From Chloropicon primus (lineage: Eukaryota), in contig CP060773.1 of assembly GCA_023205875.1 (NCBI GenBank), forward strand, positions 186,001 through 250,000: a DNA stretch of 64,000 bases, given 5' to 3'. How positions within the stretch are numbered: the first letter of the stretch is position 1; each line of letters opens with the position of its first letter. The notes under the pieces are model-generated. The model made no database searches, was not told the origin of the DNA, and worked only from the letters and a program-made list of their open reading frames with translations. Positions 23,713 to 33,807 of the stretch are shown piece by piece. A program made the position numbers and the translations under genes.

Positions 23713-24444
23713 CGCTTACGCTTACTCCTCTCCTCTCCTCTCCTCTGCTCTTCTCGTTCGCCACGGCCAACACTCTCACTGCTGCATCAAGAAGACACGA
23801 AAGGCTTCCTCGTCAGTCCTTCGCTCCTCCCTTACGCCATTCCCGTCCATTCGCGACGTGGATGGTATCATTCGAAAGAGAAAGAAGAGACGCTTCCGTC
23901 GATCTCACCCTCGCTTGGTATTTCCCCCTCTTTTGTCTCACCTAACCTCGTTTGTTTGCGTCCTGTCGCCCCCTCGCGCGGCCCTTTGGTCTCGTAACGG
24001 AAGACCAGCCCCCTTCCCTGGAGAGGAACTTCATACGACACTTGAAGATGAGAAGATGCATGAGGAGGAGGAGGAAGTGGATGGTAATGGAGGAGAGGGA
24101 GAGGATGATCGGGGGGTGGTAGGCAGTTTCACGATCTTGTTGATTCCTCTTCTTTGCTCTCTTCATTCTCTTTCCAACGAACCATCACTTGCTGGGGACA
24201 CCTGAGGAGAGGAGAGGAAAGGATGCATGAGGAGGATTATGGAATGGATGGATGGAGAGGGACTGAGTTGATCCTCGCCTGGTGACGGGTGGGATGCCAC
24301 ACTCCTCGCTCACCTGATCCTTGCTCCTTGAGAAGCTCTAAAATAATAATAATAAAACGGAAACCTTCTTCTTCTTATAATGAGTCGTCGTCGGTCGGTC
24401 GTCTTCATCATCGTCGCCTTCCACGAGGAGGCCTCGTTCCAGCC

Positions 24445-25511
24445 TTACCCCTGGAGCCTTATGGTCTTGGGCTGCTTCTTCGGTGGAGCCGCCTTGGCCT
24501 TAGCCAACACGTCGAGCCAGTCGTCCGCCTTGGTTCTCATCCTGCTCTGGATGTGGCCCTTGGACGCCTTGATGTGGTAACTAATGAACGAGTAAAAGGT
24601 GCACATCTTCCAGGCCACCGAGTCCACCTTGTCCGCGGTGTTCACGTGGCGGCTGAAGAGAGAGAAAGACATGTAACCGCCATTCGCCTTGTCGTCGCCC
24701 GAGAGCGCAGTGGAGTCGCTGCGCATGCCCTCTTGGACCTCCAACGGAGGGTTGAGGTGGTACGCGCAAGAGGGAGAGTTGGCCAGGTTCTGCTGGGTTC
24801 TCTTCGTCTCCGCAAAGTGCTGCAAAAAGTTGACGGCGAGCGTGGCGTCGTTCTCGTCCTCAAAGTGGACCGGAAACACGACGACGACGGAATCCACAAG
24901 TGGCTTGACGTACATGGCGCGCTTCCTCTTGTACCTGATGCAAGTGGCTTGCTTCTCCGTGGACTTCCCTTGGTTCAAGTCCGTCAAGATCTTTCGGAGC
25001 GGGATGCATTGCACGAGCGACCTCAGCATCGATATCTTGCTACAGAAGAGCGCCCCTTGCTCCTCGGATTGAATCTTGCTCAAGTCACACTCCACCGTCA
25101 AGTCGTACCCCCTCTCGCTCGGGGACCTCACGCCAACACAGTCGGCCGCAAGGGCATCGTACGACTGCTTCACCACCTGGGCGGCGCCCTGCAACAGACG
25201 AGGAGGAAAGGAAGACGAAGCCAATGTCAGGCAAAGCAATCACAAGGAGAGGAGGAAGCACACAAGTCCCGTCGTTGTTCGTTGTTGGGACTTACCGTGG
25301 GCAGTGGAATGCCTTTTGGCAGCGCGAGGGAGAGCGTCACCTTGTGTGGAACATTCTTCTCGGCCTTAATGTTGTAGTATACCTCATCAAACTCAGGTAT
25401 CTTGACATCAAACACTTCACCCTTGGTAGCTTTGCCCAAAACAGCTTTCACTCTCCTCGCCACAGTATCCCTCACCACAGCGTTCTCCTGGGAAACTTGC
25501 AGGTGACTCAT
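24445..25511 (-). CDS. ARPC2: Arp2/3 complex 34-kDa subunit, spliced
   Basis: EFDEVYY..GYDLTV..DSVVVVFPVHFEDENDATLAVNFLQHF..FSLFSRHV..YHIKASKGHIQSRMR. Intron ~25189-25295. Confidence 0.9.
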
Positions 25512-25664
25512 GACGCCCTCTTCTATCGACTCAATCGAGGATCAAAAACAAACCACCAAGTTTCGTAACGACGACTCGACCGTTACGCTCCCTCTCCTCT
25601 CTCTCTCTGTCTCTCTCTCTCTCTGTCTCTCCCTCTGGTGTGGGGCACCCCTGGACAGCCAAGC

Positions 25665-26260
25665 AAAAACGATGCAAACAAAACCCTTCGATTCAGTTTC
25701 AATCCCTCGTCAGGGCGCCATCTCCTTCGTGCGGATGCTCAAACGAAAGAGCGCGAGATGATCTTTCCATCGATGCCTTCCTCGTCTGCTCTGGCCCTCG
25801 TTCTCGCCTCCGGTGTCGTCCACATGAACTCACCTGCCTGGCCAAGAAAAAGGGAAACTTTCTCGCGTCAATCGAGTAAAACTTTCTCACTAGAGCGCCA
25901 TCTTTTTCGTGCGGATGCTCATTGGAAAGATCGCGAGACGCTCTTTCCATCTATACCTCCCTCGTCCGCTCTGGCCCCCGTCCTCGTCGTCCCCTGGCTC
26001 CCTGAACTCACCTCGGTGTTCCTCGCCGCCCGATGGGGTCTCACTTTCTTTTCCACGAGGCGACGGGTGGAGGAGCACCGAGGTGAGTGAGTGAACTTCA
26101 GCGCGACAACGAGGACGGCAACAAGAGAGGGAGAGGACGAGGGAGGAATTGATGGAAAGAGCATCTCGCGAGCTTTCCAATGAGTGGTCGCACGAAGAAG
26201 ATGGCGCTCTGACGAGGGATTGAAACTGAATCGAAGGGTTTTGTTTGCATTGTTTTTTGT
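25665..26260. repeat. Composite repeat (family C plus extra arm) filling the ARPC2/LSM3 divergent promoter
   Basis: 25665-25722 is inverted at ~26200-26258. The block 25665-26210 is largely the reverse complement of 52455-52995. Confidence 0.85.
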
Positions 26261-26307
26261 TTTTGCCATGCCATGGCTGCCTGGAACACAGAGAGACAGA
26301 GGAGAGG

Positions 26308-26804
26308 ATGGCCGAGGTCGCAGCGCAGAAGCATCATGGCGAAGTGGAGGAGGATGTTGCGGTGAAAGAGCCACTCGATTTGATCAGACTTTCTTTAGAC
26401 GAAACGGTGTATGTCAAGCTCAAGGGAGACAGAGAGATCAAAGGACGGTTGCACGTAAGTTGTTGAAGCCCGAAACATCCTAACCCGAGACATGGTGATC
26501 CCCTCCTCCTCATTCTTGTCCCTTGTTTTCTTTTTCTTCTTCTTCTCATTCTCATTCCCTTTGCTCCGCTTGGACTAACGGAGGTGACTCTCTGCTTTGG
26601 TGTTGCATAACGACGACGGCGTTCGTTCAGGCCTATGACCAGCACTTGAACATGGTGCTCGGGGAAGCGGAGGAGACGGTGAACTACTATGAGATCGATG
26701 ACGAGACGTACGAGGAGAATCTCAAGAGTGAGAAGAGGTTTAAGCCTTTCTTGTTCGTCAGAGGTGATGTCGTTATATTGATATCCCCATCACTCAGACA
26801 GTAA
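26308..26804 (+). CDS. LSM3: U6 snRNA-associated Sm-like protein LSm3
   Basis: [31 protein letters not shown], intron 26455-26630, [28 protein letters not shown]. Confidence 0.96.
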
Positions 26805-26871
26805 CAGACCACCGGCGCTCAATACCATACCATAGGAGAGGAAACTGTATTAATACCAAAACTTTTCTTCA

Positions 26872-26906
<35 letters not shown>

Positions 26907-27158
26907 TTGTGTTAGTCGCCAGCGCAAGGCAAAAGCAAAGGAAAGAGGAGCGAGTGAGTCTTCCTTATTGAGGTGAACCTGCAGCATCATCTCCAATGAA
27001 TCCAACACACACATAGAGAAAAAGAGAGAGCGAGAAAAAAAGTAAAGGACAATGCCTCTCTCCCTCTCCCTCTCCATTCCATCCACCATCCATCCATCAT
27101 TCTCTCTCTTCCTCCTCTCCTCTCCTCTTCTCTCCCAAGCTCTCACTTCTCAGAAGAA

Positions 27159-27195
<37 letters not shown>

Positions 27196-27205
27196 GTGGT
27201 TTGTC

Positions 27206-28255
27206 ATGAGGTCGAGCGTTGTGGGAAGGTCGTGCGTTACGTCTTCATCGACGACTGTAACGCTCGGATGCTCCCATCCATCCTCATACCGCAACCCTCT
27301 CCCTTCACTCCTTGCGAGGTGTCCCCATCAGCTTCGCCATCAGGATAAGGTAAGGAAGGATGAATGATGATGATGTTGAGGAACGCAACGAGTGACATGA
27401 TGGCGAGGTCCTCGCATTGCCTTCTCCCTTGAGGAGGGAAGGAATCAAACTCACGCCATCCTCTTCGCCTCTTTGCTGCTTGCTGCTTGCTGTTGATGAT
27501 ATGATGGATATGATTGATGGCGTGATGTTGTTGTTGATGTTGTTGATGATGGGGAAGGTGTTGGCCCCGGTGAGAGTCTGGAAGAAGAACAGTGCCGAGG
27601 TGAAGGTTCCCGTGCCAGTGGATGTGTGCTGGGACTTGTGGGATGACAGGTGAGTCAAGCTTGCTAGAGAAAGGAAGGAAGGGAGGAGACACTGACGACC
27701 TGGTGTGTTTGGGGTTCTGAAACCCAAAAGGCCACGCATACCCGAGTGGATGGGTTGGATTAGCTCTGTAACTGTGCAGGAAGATGATGACAGGTTGAGC
27801 TTGTGGTCCCTCGAGACGGAGCAGTTTGGGCAGACCTTCAAGTTCTCTTGGTTCTCCAAGAACTTGACGCCGATAAGGCACAGGCTGATACACTGGGTGA
27901 GCGTGGACGATGGAAACAGAGGAGGAGGTAAGGGAACTTAATTCCTGCTTGGGGCAACTTGTCTCTCTCTCTCTCTCTCTGGTGCTGATAACCCATGCTC
28001 TTCTTCTTCTTAGGGTTGCTTCGGGGTTTCGTGAGCGTGAAGAACAAGGGAGAGATACAGTTTCGGACGCTGAGCGAAGAGGAGTGTGTGATCAGGCTGG
28101 TCATCAGTTACGAGCTTCCCACTGTGCTCATGCCTTTGGCGGACTTGCTCAAGCCAACCGTGGACGGAATCCTTCTCGAGTACATGAACAAGTTCGAAAC
28201 GGTTGCCAAGAACGAGCACTCGAAACTGAAACTGCTTGCGGAAGAAGACAGTTGA
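27206..28255 (+). CDS. SRPBCC/polyketide cyclase-like (START fold) protein, probably plastid-targeted, spliced
   Basis: AEVKVPVPVDVCWDLWDD..IPEWMGWISSVTV..SLWSL..FSWFSKNLTPIRHRLIHWVSVD..NKGEIQF..ISYELP. S/T-rich N-terminal exon; start approximate. Confidence 0.78.
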
Positions 28256-28364
28256 GTGAGGCGGCGGCGGCCAAGGCGAGAACCACGTGAATAACAAAAG
28301 AAAAGCGATTTTGAGAATGATAGTTTTGAACCACCGATCAAGCCGTCTGCCCACCAAAGTCAAG

Positions 28365-29588
28365 TCAATCGATGAGGTGGCTCACGTCCGCCGTCCCAAG
28401 CTTGCCGCTGTAACTCCCGTTCCACACCTGCTTGGCGAACGTCTCGTTGGGAAGAATGATGCTGAGCATGTAGAGCTTCTCGGCAGCGTCAGGATTGACG
28501 ATGGAATGAACGTTCTTCGGCTTCACGAGAAGCGTGTCGCCCTCCGCACCCGTGACTGGCTCGTCGCTCTGATTCAGGTACAGATCCGCCCTTCCCGAAA
28601 GCACGATGAACAGCTCGTAGGCCTCGTCATGCAGGTGCCTTGGTATCACGCCCTGTGGATCCAAGATCTCGATGCTGCACGTGAAAGGGGTGCAATCCCG
28701 GAAAGGGTCGAAGACCGGAGCTATCCTGTTGTTCATGCTCGGCAATTGAAACGTCAGCAGCTCGGCCGTCCTCCGCAACCTGGAGCTCAGCAGGCAGCTT
28801 TCCGTTTCCTGCTGCTTGAGCTTGATTTGCGCCGGAACGTCCATGGAGTTCCTCCTGTCCACCGGAGAAGAAGATCGCCTGTGATCCATCGACCAGGTCT
28901 TGCTTCCCCCTCCGGCCCCTTGGGCGGCAATCACACCCTTGTGCGCCGCAAGTGAGACCGGGACGGATATGCTCAACATGACCATCCCTTCCTTCCCCCC
29001 GCCCCCCCGCGATTCTCCCCCCCTCGTCTCTATAGCGTAAGGCACCCTCGGAGCTATCGCAAAGATGTCCCCGGACTCGAGCTCCACCACGTCGCTGACT
29101 TTTGTCGACTCCGTCCCGAAGGACAAGTGGCCCAGCCGCCCGCTGCCGGAGAGGATGTAATACACGTGGTAGCAGTCCACTTCCACCCTCACCCTCGACC
29201 TCTCGGAGCTGGCGGACGCCTCCGACCCTCCCAAGCCAGCTTCATCTGCAACGAGCTCGAGCTCCACGCCAAAGGGGCTGCCTTCCCCGTCCCGACTCCG
29301 CTTCAACACGGTGTCGACGAGCCTTCCTCTGTCATCCTTCAACCACTTGTGGTCCTTACTCGAGAGCAACCGAGCCAAACTTCGCTCCGGCCTTTCGCAC
29401 ATCCTCTCCCTTCGGTCATTCCCCCCCGACCTCGCCCTCTGCGACTCTCTCCCCCGCCGCCTCACCGGCCTCGCACCACCGGGGACACCTAGGCTCCCCG
29501 TCGTCGTCGCCCTGCCACCCCTGTTGATCATCCTCAATGAATCAAGCACAAAACCAAAAAAGGGAGATAAACCGGTCGTGCTCCCCAC
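28365..29588 (-). CDS. Double cupin-domain protein
   Basis: VYYILSGSGR..LESGDIFAIAPRVPYAI and IPRHLHDEAYELFIVLSGRA..GDTLLVKPKNVHSIVN. The true start may be the ATG near 29531. Confidence 0.8.
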   Translation of the reverse strand: MGSTTGLSPFFGFVLDSLRMINRGGRATTTGSLGVPGGARPVRRRGRESQRARSGGNDRRERMCERPERSLARLLSSKDHKWLKDDRGRLVDTVLKRSRDGEGSPFGVELELVADEAGLGGSEASASSERSRVRVEVDCYHVYYILSGSGRLGHLSFGTESTKVSDVVELESGDIFAIAPRVPYAIETRGGESRGGGGKEGMVMLSISVPVSLAAHKGVIAAQGAGGGSKTWSMDHRRSSSPVDRRNSMDVPAQIKLKQQETESCLLSSRLRRTAELLTFQLPSMNNRIAPVFDPFRDCTPFTCSIEILDPQGVIPRHLHDEAYELFIVLSGRADLYLNQSDEPVTGAEGDTLLVKPKNVHSIVNPDAAEKLYMLSIILPNETFAKQVWNGSYSGKLGTADVSHLID

Positions 29589-29831
29589 TAATCGAAAGAT
29601 ATCGAGTCAATTCTTCGCTCCGTAACGCCCTCGCCCTCCGGATCCACCTCCCTCGCCCTCCACTGCGTCACAAAGTCACGCCACTCCTGCTCCTGAAGCT
29701 CTGCCCAATGCCTTGATGACCAAAGTTGGCGACCACTCCGGTTGCCAAACGAGTCGAGTGAGGGCTCGTTCGAAAGAGAAAGAGATGTTCTACCGCGATG
29801 CGTTGTCGTCTTTCCCTCTCACGCTCTCGTT
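29545..29831. repeat. Repeat family B, inverted copy truncated at 29831
   Basis: Reverse complement of ~754-1040. Similarity stops abruptly at 29831, next to the Fanzor 3' region. Confidence 0.9.
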
Positions 29832-30018
29832 ACCGTCAATAATCGACGACGGGAAATATCTTTCTCTTCTGCAATATCTTTCTCTTCTACAACGGTAGGG
29901 AAATCACAGTCAATACTGGAAGCACAAAGGCAAGTTCTCCTTTCCACTGAAAGAGAGAAACACGGAGAGAAACACGGAGAGAAACAGCCCCTTTCTTGAC
30001 GGCCCGGCCACAACTTAC

Positions 30019-30171
30019 CTGTTAGTTTTCTGCAAAGGTCGTTTCACCGAGTTTGTAAGTTTCTCGGCAGGGTAATTCGGCCCTACCACGACCATTCCAC
30101 CGTACATGAACGAATACTTCCGCCCACGCACGGCAGCCCGTACTAACAAACGTATGTGCAACCCTGAGGAG
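30019..30171 (-). ncRNA. Putative Fanzor omega-RNA (fRNA/reRNA) scaffold
   Basis: Directly 3' of the Fanzor stop. Complementary segments: 30142-30148 with 30020-30026 (UGUUAGU/ACUAACA); 15-bp hairpin 30100-30133; multibranch stem 30088-30093/30037-30042 enclosing two hairpins (GGUAGGG/CCCUGCC, CCGAG/CUCGG). Confidence 0.7.
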
Positions 30172-32268
30172 TTACACACTTTTTGGTTGACGCAAGTGCT
30201 TCAGGAGGACGTTGCGTGCCCCGTTCACATCCCGACCGCACTTGAAGCCACACTTCTGGCACTTGTACACCTCTGCTCCACCCAGGTTGTCCTTGATGTG
30301 TCCGCACCTGCCACAGGTCTTGGAGGTGTACTCCTCCGTCACGATCGCCAGCTCACTGCCGTGCAAGAGCACCTTGGAAGCCAAGAACGTTCTGAACGCA
30401 TAGTGCCTCAACGTCAAGAGCGTGCGAGCCGTCTTCTTCCTGATCACTCGGCGTCTCCCGTTGTTGTTCTTCTTCACCATGTCTTGGGACTTGAACTCCG
30501 GGAGGAGGATTGTGTCGAACCTCCTGCATAGATCGTTGGCTACCTTTTTGTGAAGCTCGTTCGTCAGACCTCGAAGTTTCTCCATGCAGGCGTATTGCTG
30601 TCTCTTCAAGTCGCGGCGGTCGAGGTAAGGGAGCTTCACCTTTGGGTCTTTGCGCTCGGAAATGATCCCATCAATCCTCCAGCAGAGGTTGAACAGCCTC
30701 GCGAAGCCTCGCTCGCCCGTGGCATACTCCCCGACGCCTTCTTGCGGCGAGTACGACGTCTGAAAGGTCCTGACTCCCGGATCCAGGGCGACAACCTTCC
30801 GCTTGTTCTCAGGCTTCAGGGGTGGCAGGCGATCCCATGGCGTCGCGATGGGAATGTGCATGTGGAACTGCCCAAGGCGATTTCTTGTGATCTTCACGGC
30901 ACCCTCGATCTTGCCCCCGGGGATCTCCTCCGTCAAGTACAGGGGCCCGCCGGCCATCTTCTTCTTGAACACCTCCAGCTTGGTCCACTTGCGTCGTTTC
31001 TTGTGCTTCGTATCATCCTTGTGTCTCGTGTTTGGCCTTTCGATCGTCTCCACGTTCTTTAACTCTCTTGCATCAATTTCAATGGTCCAAGAACTCGGTT
31101 GCTGACGTTGACGATACTTGAGAACGAAGCGGTGCCCCTTCTCCTCGCCGCGCTCCTTCATCGCTTCCTGCTTCGCGGTGTTCGAATCCCATGCCTTGAT
31201 GAGACTTCGCACGGCAGCTTGTCTGATGGCACAGGGGGTATCCTTCAGCCAAGGATGCTTCTGATTTACAAAGGCCCCGCTAACGTAGTCCCGGTCCTTG
31301 CCCACTTGGATGCGAAAAGCTCTGCCTCCAATTTGGCTCTCGAGTCTGTTCTCTCTGGCCGCGAAAAGCTCTGCCTCCTGTTTTGTCCATGGCCGTGGAG
31401 AGCATTGGATTTCTTTCAGCTCTTTCTTCAGGCCCTGAAAGACCTCAGGGCCTCGAGGTTTGGCCGTCACAAATCTGTCCAGCAGGACGGTCCAAACCAG
31501 CGGAAAACGCTCCTTCTTGACCGCCTCCAAACACTTGTTGTATGTGAAACGCGCAGCTCCCATCCAGTTGCAAAGGCACTTCGCCTGCTCAGGGTTCAAG
31601 CGCATCCTCAGCTTCCTCGTCCGTATCACCGTTCGCTCCGACAATAGCTTGGAGGTCTTCAGTTTCTGCCCCCTCTTCCTTTTGGCGGGCGGCTGCAATG
31701 TCTCGACGGATACCACAGAATCTTCTGGAAGGTTCAAGCACGACCTCCATCCCGTCTTCGGACACTTTACCTCTTCAAGTTCTCTCTTCATCGATGAGAA
31801 CCAGGTCTTCTTCACGCTGTCGTCCGCCAAGCCACCCGGCTGCTTCCCTGCTTTCTTCCCCCTCTTGTTCTTCTTCTTCTTACCCTTCTTCTTGTTCTTC
31901 TTCTTGCCCTTCTTGCGAGGCTTCTTGCGAGGCTTGCCTGACGAGCTCGAACTCTCACCCGCAGAGGAAGCCGCCTCCGGCGGCTTCCCCTTCTCCTTCC
32001 GCTTCCCCCCCCGCTTCTTGCGAGGCGTGCTCGAACCCTCACCCGCAGAGGCGGGGTCGTCCGCGATAGGAAGCAGGCACAACGAGTAGAGCAACTGCAA
32101 GCCCTGATTCCAGAACCGACGTAACGGCCGCTCCGTCGTCGGAGACTCCTGCCCCGACTTCGAAGCGCCCTGAGCATGACTCTCGCCAGAGTGCGACCTC
32201 CTTGTGGAACTCGTCGAGCCACTCCCCTGCTTCTCCTTTTTCTTACGGCGCTTCCCTGATCGCGCCAT
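30172..32268 (-). CDS. Fanzor2 RNA-guided endonuclease (IS607-type TnpB derivative), 698 aa
   Basis: RTRKLRMRLNPEQ..WMGAARFTYNKCL (OrfB HTH); RuvC-I VVALDPGVRTF; ILLPEF with Pro at the canonical Glu position and shifted Glu in VTEEYTSKT; zinc finger CGRC..CQKC; RuvC-III RDVNGARNV; K/R-rich N-terminus. Confidence 0.93.
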   Translation of the reverse strand: MARSGKRRKKKEKQGSGSTSSTRRSHSGESHAQGASKSGQESPTTERPLRRFWNQGLQLLYSLCLLPIADDPASAGEGSSTPRKKRGGKRKEKGKPPEAASSAGESSSSSGKPRKKPRKKGKKKNKKKGKKKKNKRGKKAGKQPGGLADDSVKKTWFSSMKRELEEVKCPKTGWRSCLNLPEDSVVSVETLQPPAKRKRGQKLKTSKLLSERTVIRTRKLRMRLNPEQAKCLCNWMGAARFTYNKCLEAVKKERFPLVWTVLLDRFVTAKPRGPEVFQGLKKELKEIQCSPRPWTKQEAELFAARENRLESQIGGRAFRIQVGKDRDYVSGAFVNQKHPWLKDTPCAIRQAAVRSLIKAWDSNTAKQEAMKERGEEKGHRFVLKYRQRQQPSSWTIEIDARELKNVETIERPNTRHKDDTKHKKRRKWTKLEVFKKKMAGGPLYLTEEIPGGKIEGAVKITRNRLGQFHMHIPIATPWDRLPPLKPENKRKVVALDPGVRTFQTSYSPQEGVGEYATGERGFARLFNLCWRIDGIISERKDPKVKLPYLDRRDLKRQQYACMEKLRGLTNELHKKVANDLCRRFDTILLPEFKSQDMVKKNNNGRRRVIRKKTARTLLTLRHYAFRTFLASKVLLHGSELAIVTEEYTSKTCGRCGHIKDNLGGAEVYKCQKCGFKCGRDVNGARNVLLKHLRQPKSV

Positions 32269-32496
32269 GACTGCTAGGGTTTCACTCGCCGTCCTCGTCC
32301 CTCGTCCCTCGCGACAAACTCAACCGATCGATCGATCGTCTGCCAACTCGAACTGACGCTGCTCTCTCTCTCTCTCGAGGCGCGAAAATGTTTTCAAATC
32401 CCCCCCAAAAGAAGCGAAATCACTTGTAAATTTATTACACTCGTTTCGATACACAGGGCGAGGTTTGTTTTTCAGGGGAGGGGGTCGAACTCTTCG

Positions 32497-32670
32497 TTCT
32501 GGTGGATTTCTCCCTTCCGCTGAACCATCATAACGGCCGAGCACGAGGGCGAACCAGGAGGAGGGAGAGAGAGAGAAGGGGGACGGGAGAGCGCGGAGGA
32601 GGAAGAGGGAGGCGGAGGACCGGACAGAAGGAAGCGTCGTCTCGTGCTCTTTCGAAAGAGCCCTCGCTCG
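32497..32670. repeat. Repeat family E
   Basis: Reverse complement of ~58335-58503 (TGGTGGATTTCTCCCTTCCGCTGAACCATCATAACGGCCGAGCACGAGGGCGAACCAGGAGG...); partly present again at 40051-40190. Confidence 0.85.
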
Positions 32671-32716
32671 AAGAGAACGACCCGGTGGTGAGGATCTGAG
32701 GAGCACGGGCGTGAAG

Positions 32717-33710
32717 ATGGCGGTGACAGGGGGAGCGAGCAAGAGGCAGAGGACGGAGGGATGCGCTGGAGGTGCTTCCCGAGTGGGCGTGGTTCCTGGT
32801 CTTGAAGCAGCTGGACGATTACGACCACCTTGCTTTTGGGGTTGACCTGCAGGACGTTCCTCGAGGCGGTGACGAAGGCGACGAGCCCCGAGGAGAAGAA
32901 GAAGGCTCGCCTGAGGACGGACCTGTCGCAAGAGAAGTTGTTCGATCAGGTGCCTTCCTTCACTTTGGGTTGGTACCAGCGGATGTTCCAATCGTTCAAA
33001 AGGAAGAAGTCTCGGAGATTTGAAAGAAAGAAGGGAGCACGGTTCAATTTTGTACCTCTGTATGGACACTCCAACTACTTGTACCTCTCCGACTACACGT
33101 ACGACGTCGAGCTGATGTACCTCGCCGCTTTCCAGGGCAGCAAGAAGGTGATGAAGTGGCTGGTGAGCCAAGGGATCCCTTTGGGTATCATTCTTCGCGG
33201 TTTACCTCATGAGGAGCGGTAGCAGTTGAAAGAGCTGCTGAAGGAGGTCACATTGATGTTCTGGAATGGTTGAGGAGCGAGGGGTGCGGGTTTGGTGAGG
33301 AGGCTTGTGCGGGTGCAGCTCGAGGAGGCCACCTTGACGCTCTGCAGTGGCTTCGAAGCCTGGAACCGCCTTGCCGTTGGAGCGGGTGGACTTCTTTTAG
33401 TGCAGCTCAAGGAGGCCACCTTCATATTCTCAAGTGGCTTCGAAGCCTGGATCCGCCTTGCCCTTGGGACGTGGAGACTTGTGAATATGCAGCTAGAGGA
33501 GGTCACCTTGATGTTCTCAAGTGGGCTCGTAGCCAGCGTCCGCCTTGCCCTTGGAACAAGAATACTTGTTGGCAGGCAGCTGAAAGAGGTCACTTTCATG
33601 TTCTCAAGTGGCTTCGAAGCCAGCATCCGCCTTGCCCTTGGAAACCAAAGAAATGCAAAATCGTAACCCGAAACCCGAAAGTCGTCAAGTGGATCCAGGA
33701 GAACTCTTAA
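32717..33710 (+). pseudogene. Frameshifted F-box-like/ankyrin-repeat gene (AAxGGHLxxLKWLRSxxPPCPW repeats)
   Basis: The reading jumps frame near 32757, 32838 and 33205, joining MAVTGG.. / DALEVLPEWAWFLVLKQL..LAF / GLTCRTF..LMYLAAFQG / AAEGGHIDVLEWL plus 4 further ankyrin-like repeats. Confidence 0.75.
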
Positions 33711-33807
33711 CCAAGACAATGTCTCACCAACCTGTCATCGACTTTCCTTTCCTGGTTTCTCCTCCTTTCTCCTTTCTCCTCTCTGATCGATGCTGGGCAG
33801 CAGGTCG

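Noticed and set aside
29932..29946. Spliced-guide start TGGAAAGGAGAA resembling the phased intergenic motif
   Set aside because: The match is short and gapped, and no full target was found in the window; likely chance unless a genome-wide search shows otherwise.
30037..30093. Hammerhead-ribozyme-like three-helix junction with GAAAC
   Set aside because: Lacks a correctly placed CUGAnGA core and an NUH triplet; better explained as omega-RNA scaffold.
32320..33171. 283-aa minus-strand ORF upstream of Fanzor as a possible transposase
   Set aside because: It is antisense to the ankyrin pseudogene and repeat E, with no serine-recombinase, Y1 or DDE motifs.
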